This document shows, one piece after another, positions 17,700 through 31,433 of a stretch of 64,000 nt of DNA. Within the stretch, counting starts at the first letter, position 1, and each line of letters starts with the position of its first letter. The notes beneath the pieces are model-generated. The model saw nothing but the letters and a program-made list of their open reading frames with translations. It was not told the DNA's origin and made no database searches. Source of the DNA: Chrysomallon squamiferum (taxonomy: Eukaryota; Animalia; Mollusca); NCBI GenBank assembly GCA_012295275.1, contig CM022675.1, positions 5,084,001 through 5,148,000 of the forward strand, given 5' to 3'. The translations under genes and the position numbers were made by a program.

Positions 17700-18760
17700 T
17701 ATCAGTAGTATGGTTGAAATAACAGTGACAGATTAGTAGTAATATCAGTAGTATGGCTGAAATATTAGTAGTAATATTAATGACAGAAATTAGTAGTAGT
17801 AATAGTAGTATGGTTGAAATAACAGTGACAGATTAGTAATAATAGTATGGCTGAAGTAGTATGGTTGAAAATAACAGTAGTATGGCATATTAGTAGTAGT
17901 AATAGTAATATATCTGAAATAGCAGTCACAGATTAGTTAGTGTAATATTAGTAGTATGGCTGATGTAACAGTGACAGATTAGTAATAATAGCGTAGTATT
18001 GCTGAAGATTAGTAACTGATAGATTAGTAATAATAGCAGTTAGTATTGCTGAATCGCTGAAAACAATTAGTAGATTAGTAATATCAGTAGTATCGCTGAA
18101 TAACAATGGTAGATTAGTAACAATAGCAGTAGTATCGCTGAAGTAACAGTGATAGATTACTAGTAATACAGTAGTATCGCTGAAGTAACAGTGATAGATT
18201 AGTAGTAATATCAGTAGTATCGCTGAAGTAACAGTGACAGATTAGTAGTAATATCAGTAATATCGCTGAATTAGTAGTAACAGTGGCAGATAGCAGTAAT
18301 ATCGATAGTATATCACTGAAGTAACAGTGACATATCATATAGTATCACTAAAGTAAAATGAAGTAACAGTGGTAGATTAGTAGTATCACTAAAGTAGTAG
18401 TATGAAGATTAGTAGTGATATCAGTAGTATCACTAAAATAACAGTGACAGATTAGTAGTAATATCAGTAGTATCACTGACGTAATACAGGCAGATTAGTA
18501 GTAATAACAATAGTATTCACGCAGTAACAGTGACAGATTAGTAGTAATATCAAAAGTATCGATGAAGTAACTGACAGATTAATAGTAATAGAAGTAGTAT
18601 ATTGATGAAGTAACAGTGACAGATTAATAGTAATAGAAGTAGTATTGCTGAAGTAACAGTGAGAGATTAGTAGTAATGGCGATAGTATCGATAAAGAGAC
18701 GGCGGCAGATTAGTAGAAATAGCAGTAAATTAGTGGTAATATCAGTAATAATAACAGTAA
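17700..18760. repeat. Degenerate ~42-bp minisatellite (in the putative TSP1 gene intron)
   Basis: Repeated cagtagtatcgctgaagtaacagtgacagattagtagtaatat. Confidence 0.9.
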
Positions 18761-19340
18761 TTTCAATACTGGATACGCACTGTAGGAAAGTAAAAATCGT
18801 AAAATGCGAAAAAGAATAATAAACACCAAGCCTTGAAGGACAACACAGGTACGACAGCAGCGTCTCCAACGTTAACACTAATAATAAAGATATATTAATA
18901 ATATATTTTAATACAGGATGCGCAAAAATAAGAAATAAGAATAATAGGTGATAAAAAACAAAGAAGAACAATGAGAAGCACTCTAATAACTACGTTAGGA
19001 ACTATGCCGGTACGACGGCAACGACGGCGACATTAATAGAAATTACAATAATACAATTTAATACTCAGAAAAAATGAGTAATGACTAATAAAAAGCGCTA
19101 AACAATAATGAGAAATACAGCAACAAAGCTAGGAACAAGGACAGCAATTATGGTGATATTAATAGAAATAGTAATAATACATTTTAGTATAGGATTTGAA
19201 CGCAAGAAAAGTTGTTTGTAATTTTCATTACAGTTTATTTATCTTGAACCCAGTAGTCTCAGAAAATCAGTGCTGTGTTGGTTAAACAAGTGCACACTTC
19301 AGCATCAAACCTATCTCTGAAAATATATCCCTTTTCATAG

Positions 19341-19393
19341 AACATGATTATTGTAAACACTCGTGTGAAAACAACTGTGATTTCTTCAAGTGA
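19341..19393 (+). CDS. Probable terminal exon of the TSP1 gene, short Cys-rich C-terminus
   Basis: cccttttcatag acceptor. A phase-1 join to the TSP1 exon gives ...LCP-EHDYCKHSCENNCDFFK-stop (TGA 19391-19393). Confidence 0.55.
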
Positions 19394-19789
19394 GGATAAT
19401 GTAAATTCTCTTAACCCACTTAAATCATAAAACAAAAGACCTGAATTGATATAAGGAACATATTTTTATTAGTTTGCGTACATTTCAATACAAATATTTC
19501 CTTTTTCACATTCGCAGTTTTCAAAAGGCACTTTACGTACACATTCATATTCACAAAATAAATTTAAATAAGATACGTTTACATTTTTATACAGACAGAC
19601 AGATATGGACACACAGACACACGCACACACGCACATAATCACTTGCAGAAAATAATGAAACATATTTCATGTTCTGAAGAGTTTACAAAATAGAACCGTT
19701 AATTAGAAGGTAAGTACGTGGCTACATAGTAGCAAATAAAACGTTTAAGACAAATATATTCAGATATAATTAAATATATTTTGAAACAG

Positions 19790-19955
19790 TTAAGTATTTT
19801 TTGATATGATTAAGTGTATTTTGATATGATTAAGTATATTTTGATATGATTAAATATATTTTGATATGATTAAATATATTTTGATATGATTAAATATATG
19901 TTGATATGATTAAATATATTTTAATATGTTTAAATAATTTTGATATGATTAAATA
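19790..19955. repeat. 20-bp tandem repeat
   Basis: (atatattttgatatgattaa) x ~8. Confidence 0.9.
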
Positions 19956-21181
19956 TAAAAATGTCCATCTGAATCAAATAACTTCTTTAAAATACCCAAC
20001 TATTTATTTTGGGACATTTTCCTCCTATGTGATATTGTGTTTTATGATCGCTGTAACATGACATTCCGCGACACAATTTACATCTCTCTCTCTAGATGAA
20101 ATTACATAATTAATCTAAAATTCAGCTAGTATTTATCAAATTATGTAATTAAGAATATATCATTAATTTTTCTTAAACACATCTAAAAGTAAGTTAATAA
20201 TCGAGAATGAAATTCCATATTTATTCAATAATATAACCGATAATCTCTAATTAATATAATGTTAAAATGCCATATAAATAATACAGACATGATCAAACAA
20301 GGGTCTTATTTTTGGGTAACATTATCAGTGCAAATAGCGATATTCTTTAGTTAACTGTGGTTTTGATAAAAGTTCACGATTTCTCATGTAATTACATTAT
20401 AAATAAATCATTATTATCATTATTATATACTTTTTTAAAAAGAAGTATTTAGTTTTTATCTCGACAGAAACAATACACTAAGAATAAATCTGATTTATCT
20501 GATAACTTTACGTGGCCTAATAAAAAATTCGAAGTAATTTTTATATCCGCACTCAGAACAGTTCTAATGAAACTAAGAGAATAGCGTCAAACATATATAG
20601 GAAGCTTCCGTTTTTACAGAAAAATGAAAACAAAATAAAAAATAAAAATATTAAGGTGTTATTACTGTTGTTGTTGTTGTTATTTAGCTGTTGACAAAGA
20701 GAGGACTTTGACAACTATGGTGTCTGCTTCATTGTTATATAGATTATTACTGGTGGAAGCGGTTATATTAATATCTAATGTAATAAGAGAACTTCAGGTA
20801 TAATAAGAAATGTAAAGTATATTACACTATACAACTTGCGCTGATGTACACCTTTTAATGAATATAATTAAAAAATTAAGTTCAGTTCAAATTTGTCAAA
20901 TTTGCTTAATAAAATTTATTATTATCAAATTTAAATTGACCTTTTATTTTATTACGAGAAATAATTTGATTCATCAACATTTTGAAGTTTATTAAACTAT
21001 TTTTATTAGATATATATTTCTTTCACAAACATTATTTAGACTCAATAGCGGTATCCTTAATTAAAAATATCACCTTATTTTTACTTGTTTATGATTTATG
21101 TTATGATTTATAGTTTTACAAAATAAACTTGATAACTTTATGTACATAATGGAATATTATTCGAGTTTTCTTCTATTTGTT

Positions 21182-21229
<48 letters not shown>

Positions 21230-23080
21230 CTTTAAAAAATTAAAATAAACTGAACGTACGCTCTATATTTCCCAGTATACAGGTCTTCTCTATAATCGAT
21301 GAAATGTAATCTATGAAATGTTGATTTTTTATTAACTCAATACAAACTATGACAGGGTGGGCGCATTTTCAGATTAGGCTGTTTATCTATCTATGGTATA
21401 TATATATATATCTATTTTTTTATTAACTCAATACAAACTATGACAGGGTCATATCAACCTTTTTCTGATCCCTTTTTTCAACTTCTTTTCAATGATCCAT
21501 TTGCCGATTTGTACAGTATCACAAAATTAAGAAGTAATTTCAATACCATTTGCATCCCAGTATACAATTTGTAGACGTAAGAGATTATTGTAAAGAGATT
21601 ATTGTAAAGGACACAGGACGTCTCTCGGTGGCCTTGAACAACGTAGACCTTCCCGTTGTAATTAAACATAGATTACTGGTGACAAATGAAAACAGCCACT
21701 GAAAGAATTCAAGTAAAATTAACTGATCATTTTTTTATTTCTAGACTCTTTGTTAGCGTTCTTTACATTTGTTGTTAAACATTTAAACTTCTGTTCATGT
21801 TATAGCATGTGAATTACAAATTTTCCTGCTTTAAAAATAAATTACATTAAATATAAGAAATATTGGAAGGTGTTCACTTCCAAGACAAAATAAAAATTAA
21901 ACAGTAAATCATTAGCATCCTCATAAAAAATGTTTTAGACAGTCTACATGATTTATTTTAATAATTAATATAATAATAGTAGTCGTAGTAGTAGTAATAA
22001 TAATAATAATAATAATAACGATAAATAAATACATTATCTAATTAATAATGTTCATCTATATTGCCTATATTATCACTAGTATATATATATATATATATAT
22101 AAAAATATAAAAAAAAACATTCAATTGCACTTTTTAGAAAAAAAAGGGACACTGTAACAGAACATTCAATACAACATCATTCTTTTATTTACAGATAAAA
22201 AAAAAAAAAAAAAAAAGGATACTATGTAAACAGTTTTTGAAATATTTAAAAATATTTACAAATGCATTGTTCTAGAAGTTTATTTCTGTACAATCCCGAA
22301 TGCTTCTGTATTCAATTTTAAAAAGTTTTATATCAAATAATATACTATTTGAAGAATTATACAAGAAGAATTATTGTACTACGTTTTCACATTAAGATTT
22401 GACATACAGATATTATGATCATTCTATATCTATCTATCTATCTATATATATATACATACATAAATCTTCCTTAAAATAGAATTTGTATATGACTGTGCGT
22501 GTGCGTGCAAAACACTGACGGTAGTTATAAATGTGGGAATTATAGGCCTAACGTTGGGTTTGATCTTTTTTCAAGATAGATTTCAGATATATCTAGTCGA
22601 CGTATTTATACTTCCCGCCGATATTTATACGTCAATGGAAATCTTTAGATGAAAATTGTTTCGTCATTTTAGTTTGAGAACAATGGCTAAAAAACGCAAT
22701 CGTTTTGAAGAAAACGATTGCTTATTTTAATAGTTTTTGTTATCAAAATAATTTCATTGGTTTACAAGCAACGAAAATTAGGAAATATTGAAAACAATAA
22801 AAGTGAAAGTGAGACTAATTCCTACTAACTCTCGTGACAATGCAGGTACCTGTGTGTGAACGTGGAGTGTGATTTATTTATTTTTGGTTTACTTTTTCTT
22901 TCTTTTTTTTTTTTGGTAGAGGTTTCTGCTTTTTTCTATATTTTACTAATCAAATCTAACAATTTTCTTAACATTAATACAGACATTCGAAATCAGTATA
23001 GTCAGCCACATTCTTTTTTCTCTTAAGTACATATCTTTTTTACTTTCCTGTTTGTTGTATTTGCGTTCACATGTTTTTAT

Positions 23081-23131
<51 letters not shown>

Positions 23132-23876
23132 TTCACATGTTTTTAGTTAACATTTCAGCACACCAGGAGAAGACACCTGAAAAGATGAAATATATCCTTC
23201 ATAAATATAAATAAATAAAAAAGAAGAAGAAAGAAAAAGTAGGGGGGGGAATAACAACACCGTTTATTTGAAGTTTACGTCAATGATTGGCTAAAAAAAG
23301 CAACAAATAATAATAATACAAAAAAGAACCACATCAAGTATATTTTAAGAAAGGTTGTTATGTTCATTTATTTTATTTATTTGTTTTGAATTCTTTTTCT
23401 TCCTTTTTTTTAGGATTGTATTTTCGGGAAAATGCGGGATGATTGTCGGGATTAGAAGAATCTTCTACAGAATTGGTGTAATCGCATTATCATGCAACAA
23501 AAAAGTTGCTTAAAGTATTTTATTTTGTGAAGCAGACAGGTAGTACTATTTATTATTATAGTTGTTAATGAGTTTGGATTTTTTATTTATTTAGTTATTA
23601 CTGAAACGTCACATCCACCTGATGGCAGCCATCTTATTCGAGAATAATATTTATTTATTTATTTATTTCTTATTTATTTTTTATTCGGGAATAATATTTA
23701 TTTATTTTTTATTTATTTTATTTATTTTATTATCTTTTTTTTTTTTCTTTTTTTTTTAAACTAAGTGTTTAGTCTTAATTTTGTTTTACCAATCACTGTA
23801 TGATGTATCAGGAGAAAATTTCGTGTGGCCAGTAATTAAATTTGTTTTAACTATGTGTCAACTCACAGACAATTTT

Positions 23877-23918
<42 letters not shown>

Positions 23919-24240
23919 TTTTTTTTTTTTTTTTTTTAATAAACTAATAAAACTATTAAAAGAAAATATGCTAATTTTGTTTGACAGGTTGTTTTCTGTC
24001 AGTTTATTTATGATTTATTATTTTAAAGATTTATGTTAAATGGCTGACTTCATCTATCCATTAAATACTTTTTTTAACCATATTAAATGCTTTCATATTA
24101 TTAAAGATAAATACCTGTAAAGCTCAATGTTGACATTAAAAACTAATAAAGATGAATAAATATTTAAGAAAAATATGACCAGGTTATTTCATATGTAGAC
24201 ACTGTAAAATATTAATGAAATTATTTGTTATAATAATATT

Positions 24241-24281
<41 letters not shown>

Positions 24282-24879
24282 CACAGAGATAATTTGTAAT
24301 CATAATCACAAAAGACATTAATACACTACACAATCTTCATGCACAAAACACTACTAAAATGATTCTTTTTTGAAGAAGGTGTCTTATGCAGATAATATGA
24401 CTAATACTAAGACATCCAAAACTATTTACATCTGTATCTACTGATAATGTACCTGGTTGACATTAATTGCTTCATCAAACCTATATGTATTACAACATGT
24501 TCAAATCATACAGTATAAACCTATGAATGTATAAGGTCTTTATTATTATTATTCATTTGCTTTTTCATTACTAATATTTATTTATTTTAGATGTTTGCCA
24601 GGACAAATTAAAATCATCATTGGCATGGATATTGCAGAAAGTATAAGGAGAAAATATTCCAAATGAATTTAAAAAATGTTTCTATGAAAAATCAGATGTG
24701 AGTGAAATATTTTATAAATTTCTCATCCCGCTACACAATCACTGACTAGAACCACACTGAAGAGTGCAAGTGCTGCTGGAATACTATAATATGATATATC
24801 AAATTCAGCATGGACAGGAACAATAAGAAAAGGGCAGAGTGCCATTGAATTCTGCATTCTTGTGAAAACAAGCTGATGC

Positions 24880-25472
24880 TGGTAAGAAGGGATACAAGAG
24901 ACTATTGATAATGTGAACAGTCTTGTGTCAAGTAATATGTCAGGCCTGTGTTAGATATTTAAAGTAACAACTCTTTACTGATTGTAAAATAGCATAGTAA
25001 TAATCATTTATTTGCTATTGTTTTGTTAATTAATTAAATTAATACCATTATCATCAGTATCATTATAATGGATATACAAAGTATATAAAAAATATCCCAC
25101 ACCCCTTTGTGTCTGAATAACCCAGTAACTGATAACAGTAAAATTTTAATTTTAATAATAACAGAAACATTAGTTATTTATTTATAACAGTTTATTATTT
25201 TTATTATTTTATTATTTTTTTTTTTTTTTTCAGAATGCACATAATTGATGCGCTGATGTTGGCTAGTGAAGTTGTTTCAGTAGAAGGTTCTGTCCAGCAC
25301 TGAGGATAAAGTTTGTACTGCTGCCATTGGAAAAACGAAAAAACTGAACAGTGAATATGAGTTTGTTTTCTTATTATTCTAAACCTAATGAAGTTTAATT
25401 TAATTTAATGTAGGAAGTTGCATTGTGTAACATACATTAGAATTTTGTGTCATACACTGCATTTTATATCAT

Positions 25473-25569
<97 letters not shown>

Positions 25570-27760
25570 TACACTTTTATACAAACCTGAGTATTTTATT
25601 GGAAATCTTTATATTTTAAAATAAAAGAAGAAGAAGCATCATATTTTCTAAAATCAGGTTTCATCTGCATACTTATTTAATCTAGAATTAAGTACAGATG
25701 TTCAGAATTGACAAATACTCTTTGGGATTTAAAGTTTTTAGTATTTTCATTTTTTGTTTAATAGATATTCTATATTCCCTAACAGCTCTATTTAGTGGCC
25801 AAACAAACCCAAACAGTAATGAAGGTGTAAACTTGTATTGTCAATATATTTGTTTTCTGGAAATTATTATTATTAGTGATTTTTTTAGAACCAGTATTAT
25901 TCTGATAACTTGCTTGTCTTTTAAATAGTTACCAATGATTTGGATAAATATTTGTATTTATATTCACTTAATGTTTTCTCTTAATTTCAAGGTCTGCCCT
26001 CTGTGTTTATATATATACACATAACATTTTCTTTCTAATTTTTTTTTTATTTCCACAGAACTGATATGGGTTTCACATCAATGAAAATGAAACAGCAGTC
26101 AGCACCAACAGCACCAGTATCACCATTAGACTGAGACAAACTGACATCACCACACCAACCACTGAAAACTCAAACTCTGTGCCAAGAAACATCCAGACAC
26201 ACTAGAAAAGAAACCAGAAACACCATCAGCCATTGCCAGAGGTATTTTGGTAAAAAATAATGTCTAAGAAAGAAAGGGAACAGAAAATGTTTGATCATGT
26301 GATTCAACTGACTAATCTTCATGTGAAACTGGAATTGTGTTGAAAGCAGCCAGACCAAGACTTAAACTGCCACAAGCTTTACCATCTAGTCACTTAGTCA
26401 GATTTTAAAACCTTTAAAAACATTCTAAACATGTCTGTAAATATGTCTGTTTCTCTTTCTGCCTGCCTCCCTATTTATTTATTTTATTTCTATCTCTGTT
26501 TTTGTTTGTCTGTATTTCTTTCCTTGAAAATGTTCAGATAAATATGTTTATCTTTCTTACCATGTCTCTACTTACTATATGCTTATCTGTTTTTCTGTCT
26601 CTATCTTTATGTATCATTTCTTATTTGTTCCTAATTATCATGTTTTTAGTTTTCTTTCTTTTTTCTTCCTTTCTTTTCTTTGTTTTTTTTAAATTATTTT
26701 CAAAGTTGTAATATTTTGAAGCATAACAAAGAAAGAAAATATTATCTTTCTGTCAGTTCTCTTTTGATAATTCTGAACATAAACAGCTTTCGAATCAGTA
26801 ATTTAAATAATTTTAAATTTATTTATAGTTTTAATTTATAAAAATGCTCGTAAAACAGTTGATTATTTTTAGTTTAAAGAACTGAAAAGCATTGGTAATG
26901 TTAATAAATGACAGACCTTATCAATTAGTTATTTAACTAAAATGCCTGACATTTTTTATATGAATTATTTTCAATTTACAGGTGGTCAGATTTTGTATTT
27001 TTTTAAAGACTTGGTGAAAGACAGACTTTGTCAGATCTCACTCTCTCCCTTACAGTACAAGGCAGGATAGTGCAGAAGAGTCACAGGAGTATTCACAATT
27101 TTATGAATTTCAGCTTTGAGAAATATTAGTGTGGTATTTGTATTATTATTATTATATTTTCATGTTCTGTTTGTATTGCTTACCTTTAACATATTTTGAT
27201 CTAATCAGTGCATTCTTCTTGCTTAGTATTAGAAAATCTTTCATAAAGAAATATTTTCACTTATTTTTATGAATGTAGATATAAAAGACAATTTAATTTT
27301 TTTTTTTAAATTGACCAGAATGTAAAATTGTAGTTATATTTTTTCATAGATCTGTAATTTTGTTTAAATTATTTGTTATTTATTATTAAAATCTATTACA
27401 ATAAGAGACAGATGATGTTTATTTATAATAATTTCTTTCTAACATTACAGACAATTAAACACAATGGAAAAATTGTTATTATTTCTATTAAATTTATTTG
27501 TTGTATCTACAGGAAAGACATGATTCTGGAATCAGCTTCAGTTATAAAAATATGGAGAAGACGATAAAGTTTACTTGAAACAGTTGAAATATCTACTGAT
27601 ATGAAAAAGATGGTAAAGAAGTAAAGCAATGATATTTACAGATAGACAACAGGCAGGTTTTAGCTTAATGGAGAGATGACTGACAGAGATTTGAGACTGA
27701 CTGTCTGATGGGAGGTTAACAGGTAAAGAAATAAACAGGAAGATACACAGAAAGAAAGTT
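24880..27760 (+). repeat. Degenerate segmental duplicate, copy 2 (paralogous to ~1650-6705)
   Basis: Same shared blocks as copy 1, in the same order, with different internal deletions. Confidence 0.8.
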
Positions 27761-28389
27761 GTTTATGTATGTCTAAAAATCGCCTTGTGAAAAAGAGTAC
27801 TTTTAGCTGTATGGTTGTGTTAATTGTTTAAACTTACCCCAAACATGCGAATAGGAAGCATTCCTTTATTTCCTAGTTGTAGAAAAATTCCGTAAACAAA
27901 ATCTTCACCATGTGACGTCACATTTTTTTATTATTTTTTTTATGAGCACTTGTTATTTAACGAAGGTTCGTTAAAACAAACACCGAGACGATATTTATTT
28001 CAGTCTGGATAACAAACATGTACAAGAAAATACAGCTAAATACTTATAAAATAATTTTCTACATTTTTAGAAATAACAGAAAAATTCTAATTTATATCTT
28101 GACTCTACCTATTCCACATCAAAGCCTTATTTTAAATTTAATATTTGTAAAAACATATTCTGTCCATGCCATTCTCCTGTAAGAAATTGTTTCCATTGTT
28201 TATTCTCAGAAAATAATGTAATTTGATATGTCGTTTAAAAATGTTTTATTTAAATGTGTCAAATTTTTTATTCTGAAATTGCATCTTAAATATTTTAGCT
28301 GTTAATATATTTTGTTCTTTTATATAATGAATTATACCTTCAATCGTTTTAATTTGAATTATGTTAATTTATTTTTGATTGTTATATAC

Positions 28390-28441
<52 letters not shown>

Positions 28442-28729
28442 GATAGAGATTCCATATGATCGTTTAAAAGTTTGAAAAGTTATAAATATTTCTCGGATGG
28501 AGATATATAATTTGTTTACTGGAAACACATGCATGTATAAATATTGTAAATACACCCATGTCAAAATGAGGACGTATTTGTGCGTCTCAGTATATTCTCT
28601 ATGTGAGTGTACATATACATGTATATATAATATTTTCTGTATGTATGTATATAAACATAATATTAACATAAAGTCTGTTATCCAGCCTGTCATCTCCCAC
28701 CTACAACAATGGGAGGCTTATGTATATGT

Positions 28730-29640
<911 letters not shown>

Positions 29641-29689
29641 ACATACAGACCGACAGTACAATTGAAAAAGCACCTCTGAAAACAATTCA

Positions 29690-30628
29690 AGTCCAGATCA
29701 GGGTTTAGCAGGTATCCATCACCCACAGATGCACTACAAACATTTGCAATAACTTGTTTGTTCAGCAAGTCTTTGTAGTGATGTCATTTACAGTCAGAGT
29801 ATTTACTTTGTTGCAGACACATCTCTGACTGAACACTGACAACATGGCCACATAGTGTGCTCAACAAACAAAACTACAGTAACATGATTAATTAAATGTT
29901 TTGTTTATGAAGGAAATGTGAGCAGCTTACTTCCTAATACATTAAAACCAGTATCTTGTCTAATTACAATTATTGTTAGGTGCAATTAGTACAAACACAC
30001 ACAAGTATACATACTCTAGGCTTAAGAAAACTCTTTAAATAAACTGTTTATTTTGGACTAACATATAATTGCTATATTAAAGATTGTACCGTTAATCATA
30101 AACTCACACAAACACGTACAAACTTGTACAAACCCTACTAAGTATTTGTGACTCCAAGCAACAAACACCTCAACTAGTTGTAGTAGACTGAACAATTAAG
30201 AACATAACTGTAGTTATCTGAACCATGTCACTAATTTAACTTGTTGTTTTTTTTGTTGTTTTTTTTGTGACATTTTCCCGCGCCATATTCAGGATGGGTA
30301 TATAGTCCACGTTTCTTGTCGTTCACTGGCTTCTCTCCTAAAAACTGTGCAGAACAAACCCTCGTGTTTGCAGTAACATTAAAATCTTTTTCATTTTTTT
30401 GTGAAGCGATTAGCCACAGACGTTTCCGATATGCATTTCCCGATCTTCTGCGACTGGAACAGTTAATAACTGAACAGTGGTCATGACCTCCCATTACAGC
30501 ATGATTGCTTTTGTCCACCGATTTGCAAGTAGGACTATTTTAGCGAGATCTCGCGAGATCTCGCGATCTGCGTCCTCGAATTACCCAGCAACGGGCACAT
30601 GCGCAGTGAAATGTGAAATACCTCTATT
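29690..30628 (-). mobile_element. Remnant of a THAP-domain-encoding element (probably a Harbinger/ISL2EU-, Kolobok- or P-type DNA transposon)
   Basis: Minus-strand ORF 30231-30499 reads MGGHDHCSVINCSSR...RKRLWLIA...NTRVCSAQF, a degenerate THAP zinc finger (CxxxxC...W...VCSxHF). CpG-rich upstream region with TCTCGCGAGA palindromes; possible terminus aatagaggtatttcac at 30628. Left boundary uncertain. Confidence 0.6.
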
Positions 30629-31341
30629 CATTAAATTTATCAGTATATAAGTCACTAAACATAACCAAAACTAAACACACACAAATATACATATATCTGT
30701 CTCTGCCTGTTTTATTTCTCTCTCTTTCTCTCTCTGTTTACACATGCACACAGACTAACAGACAGAGAGAGACTAGGAGAATTATGATTGTGTCTGTCTC
30801 TCTCTGTTTTTATGTATTTGTGTCTCTCTGTTTCTCTTATCTCACATACACAGAGACAGAGAGAGAGAGAGAAAAAAAAGAAATAGAGAGAGAAGTGTAA
30901 ATGTGTTTGTGTGTACAATCTCTTTCTTTCTATGTTTCTCTCTGTCTTTCTCACACACATACTCAGACACACACACACAAACACACACACAAACACGAAT
31001 ACACACACAAACACACACACACACACACACAAAACACGAATACACACACATACACTATAATTTATTTTGTTTTCTATTGCGTCTTCTGCCCTACTTTGCC
31101 GTAGACTTTGTCATGCGCGAGTTTATCTAAAACAAGTTTTATTTTTATCACACAGATACACTACACTGTTCTATAACTGAGTAAACAAGGGAAGGAAAAA
31201 CCTGTTACGATCCTAACAACAATCTTTTACTCTTTTAATCTTTTAATCTTTTACTCTTTTAATCTTTTACTCTGTTATCTTCTTCCTGGTCTGGACCACG
31301 TTATTTATACATAGAAGTTTAAACGTCTCGAAGAATCCGCC

Positions 31342-31414
31342 ATGTTGTCTACAGCTGTCGATATTTTTATTATTTTCTTTGTGTGTGTGTCACCTACCCA
31401 GTCAGAAATATTAA
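31342..31414 (+). pseudogene. Orphan duplicated exon 1 (signal peptide) of the lectin/WSC receptor family
   Basis: ccgccATG...MLSTAVDIFIIFFVCVSPTQSEIL then a phase-1 gtaagt donor. Nearly identical to 34535-34604; upstream 30890-31340 matches 34140-34530. Confidence 0.75.
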
Positions 31415-31433
31415 GTAAGTAGATTTTACATTA

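Noticed and set aside
21480-21710. Minus-strand exon-like patch with LRLQIVYWDANGI (resembles a LINE endonuclease start)
   Set aside because: Too short, followed immediately by a stop, and no other LINE sequence nearby.
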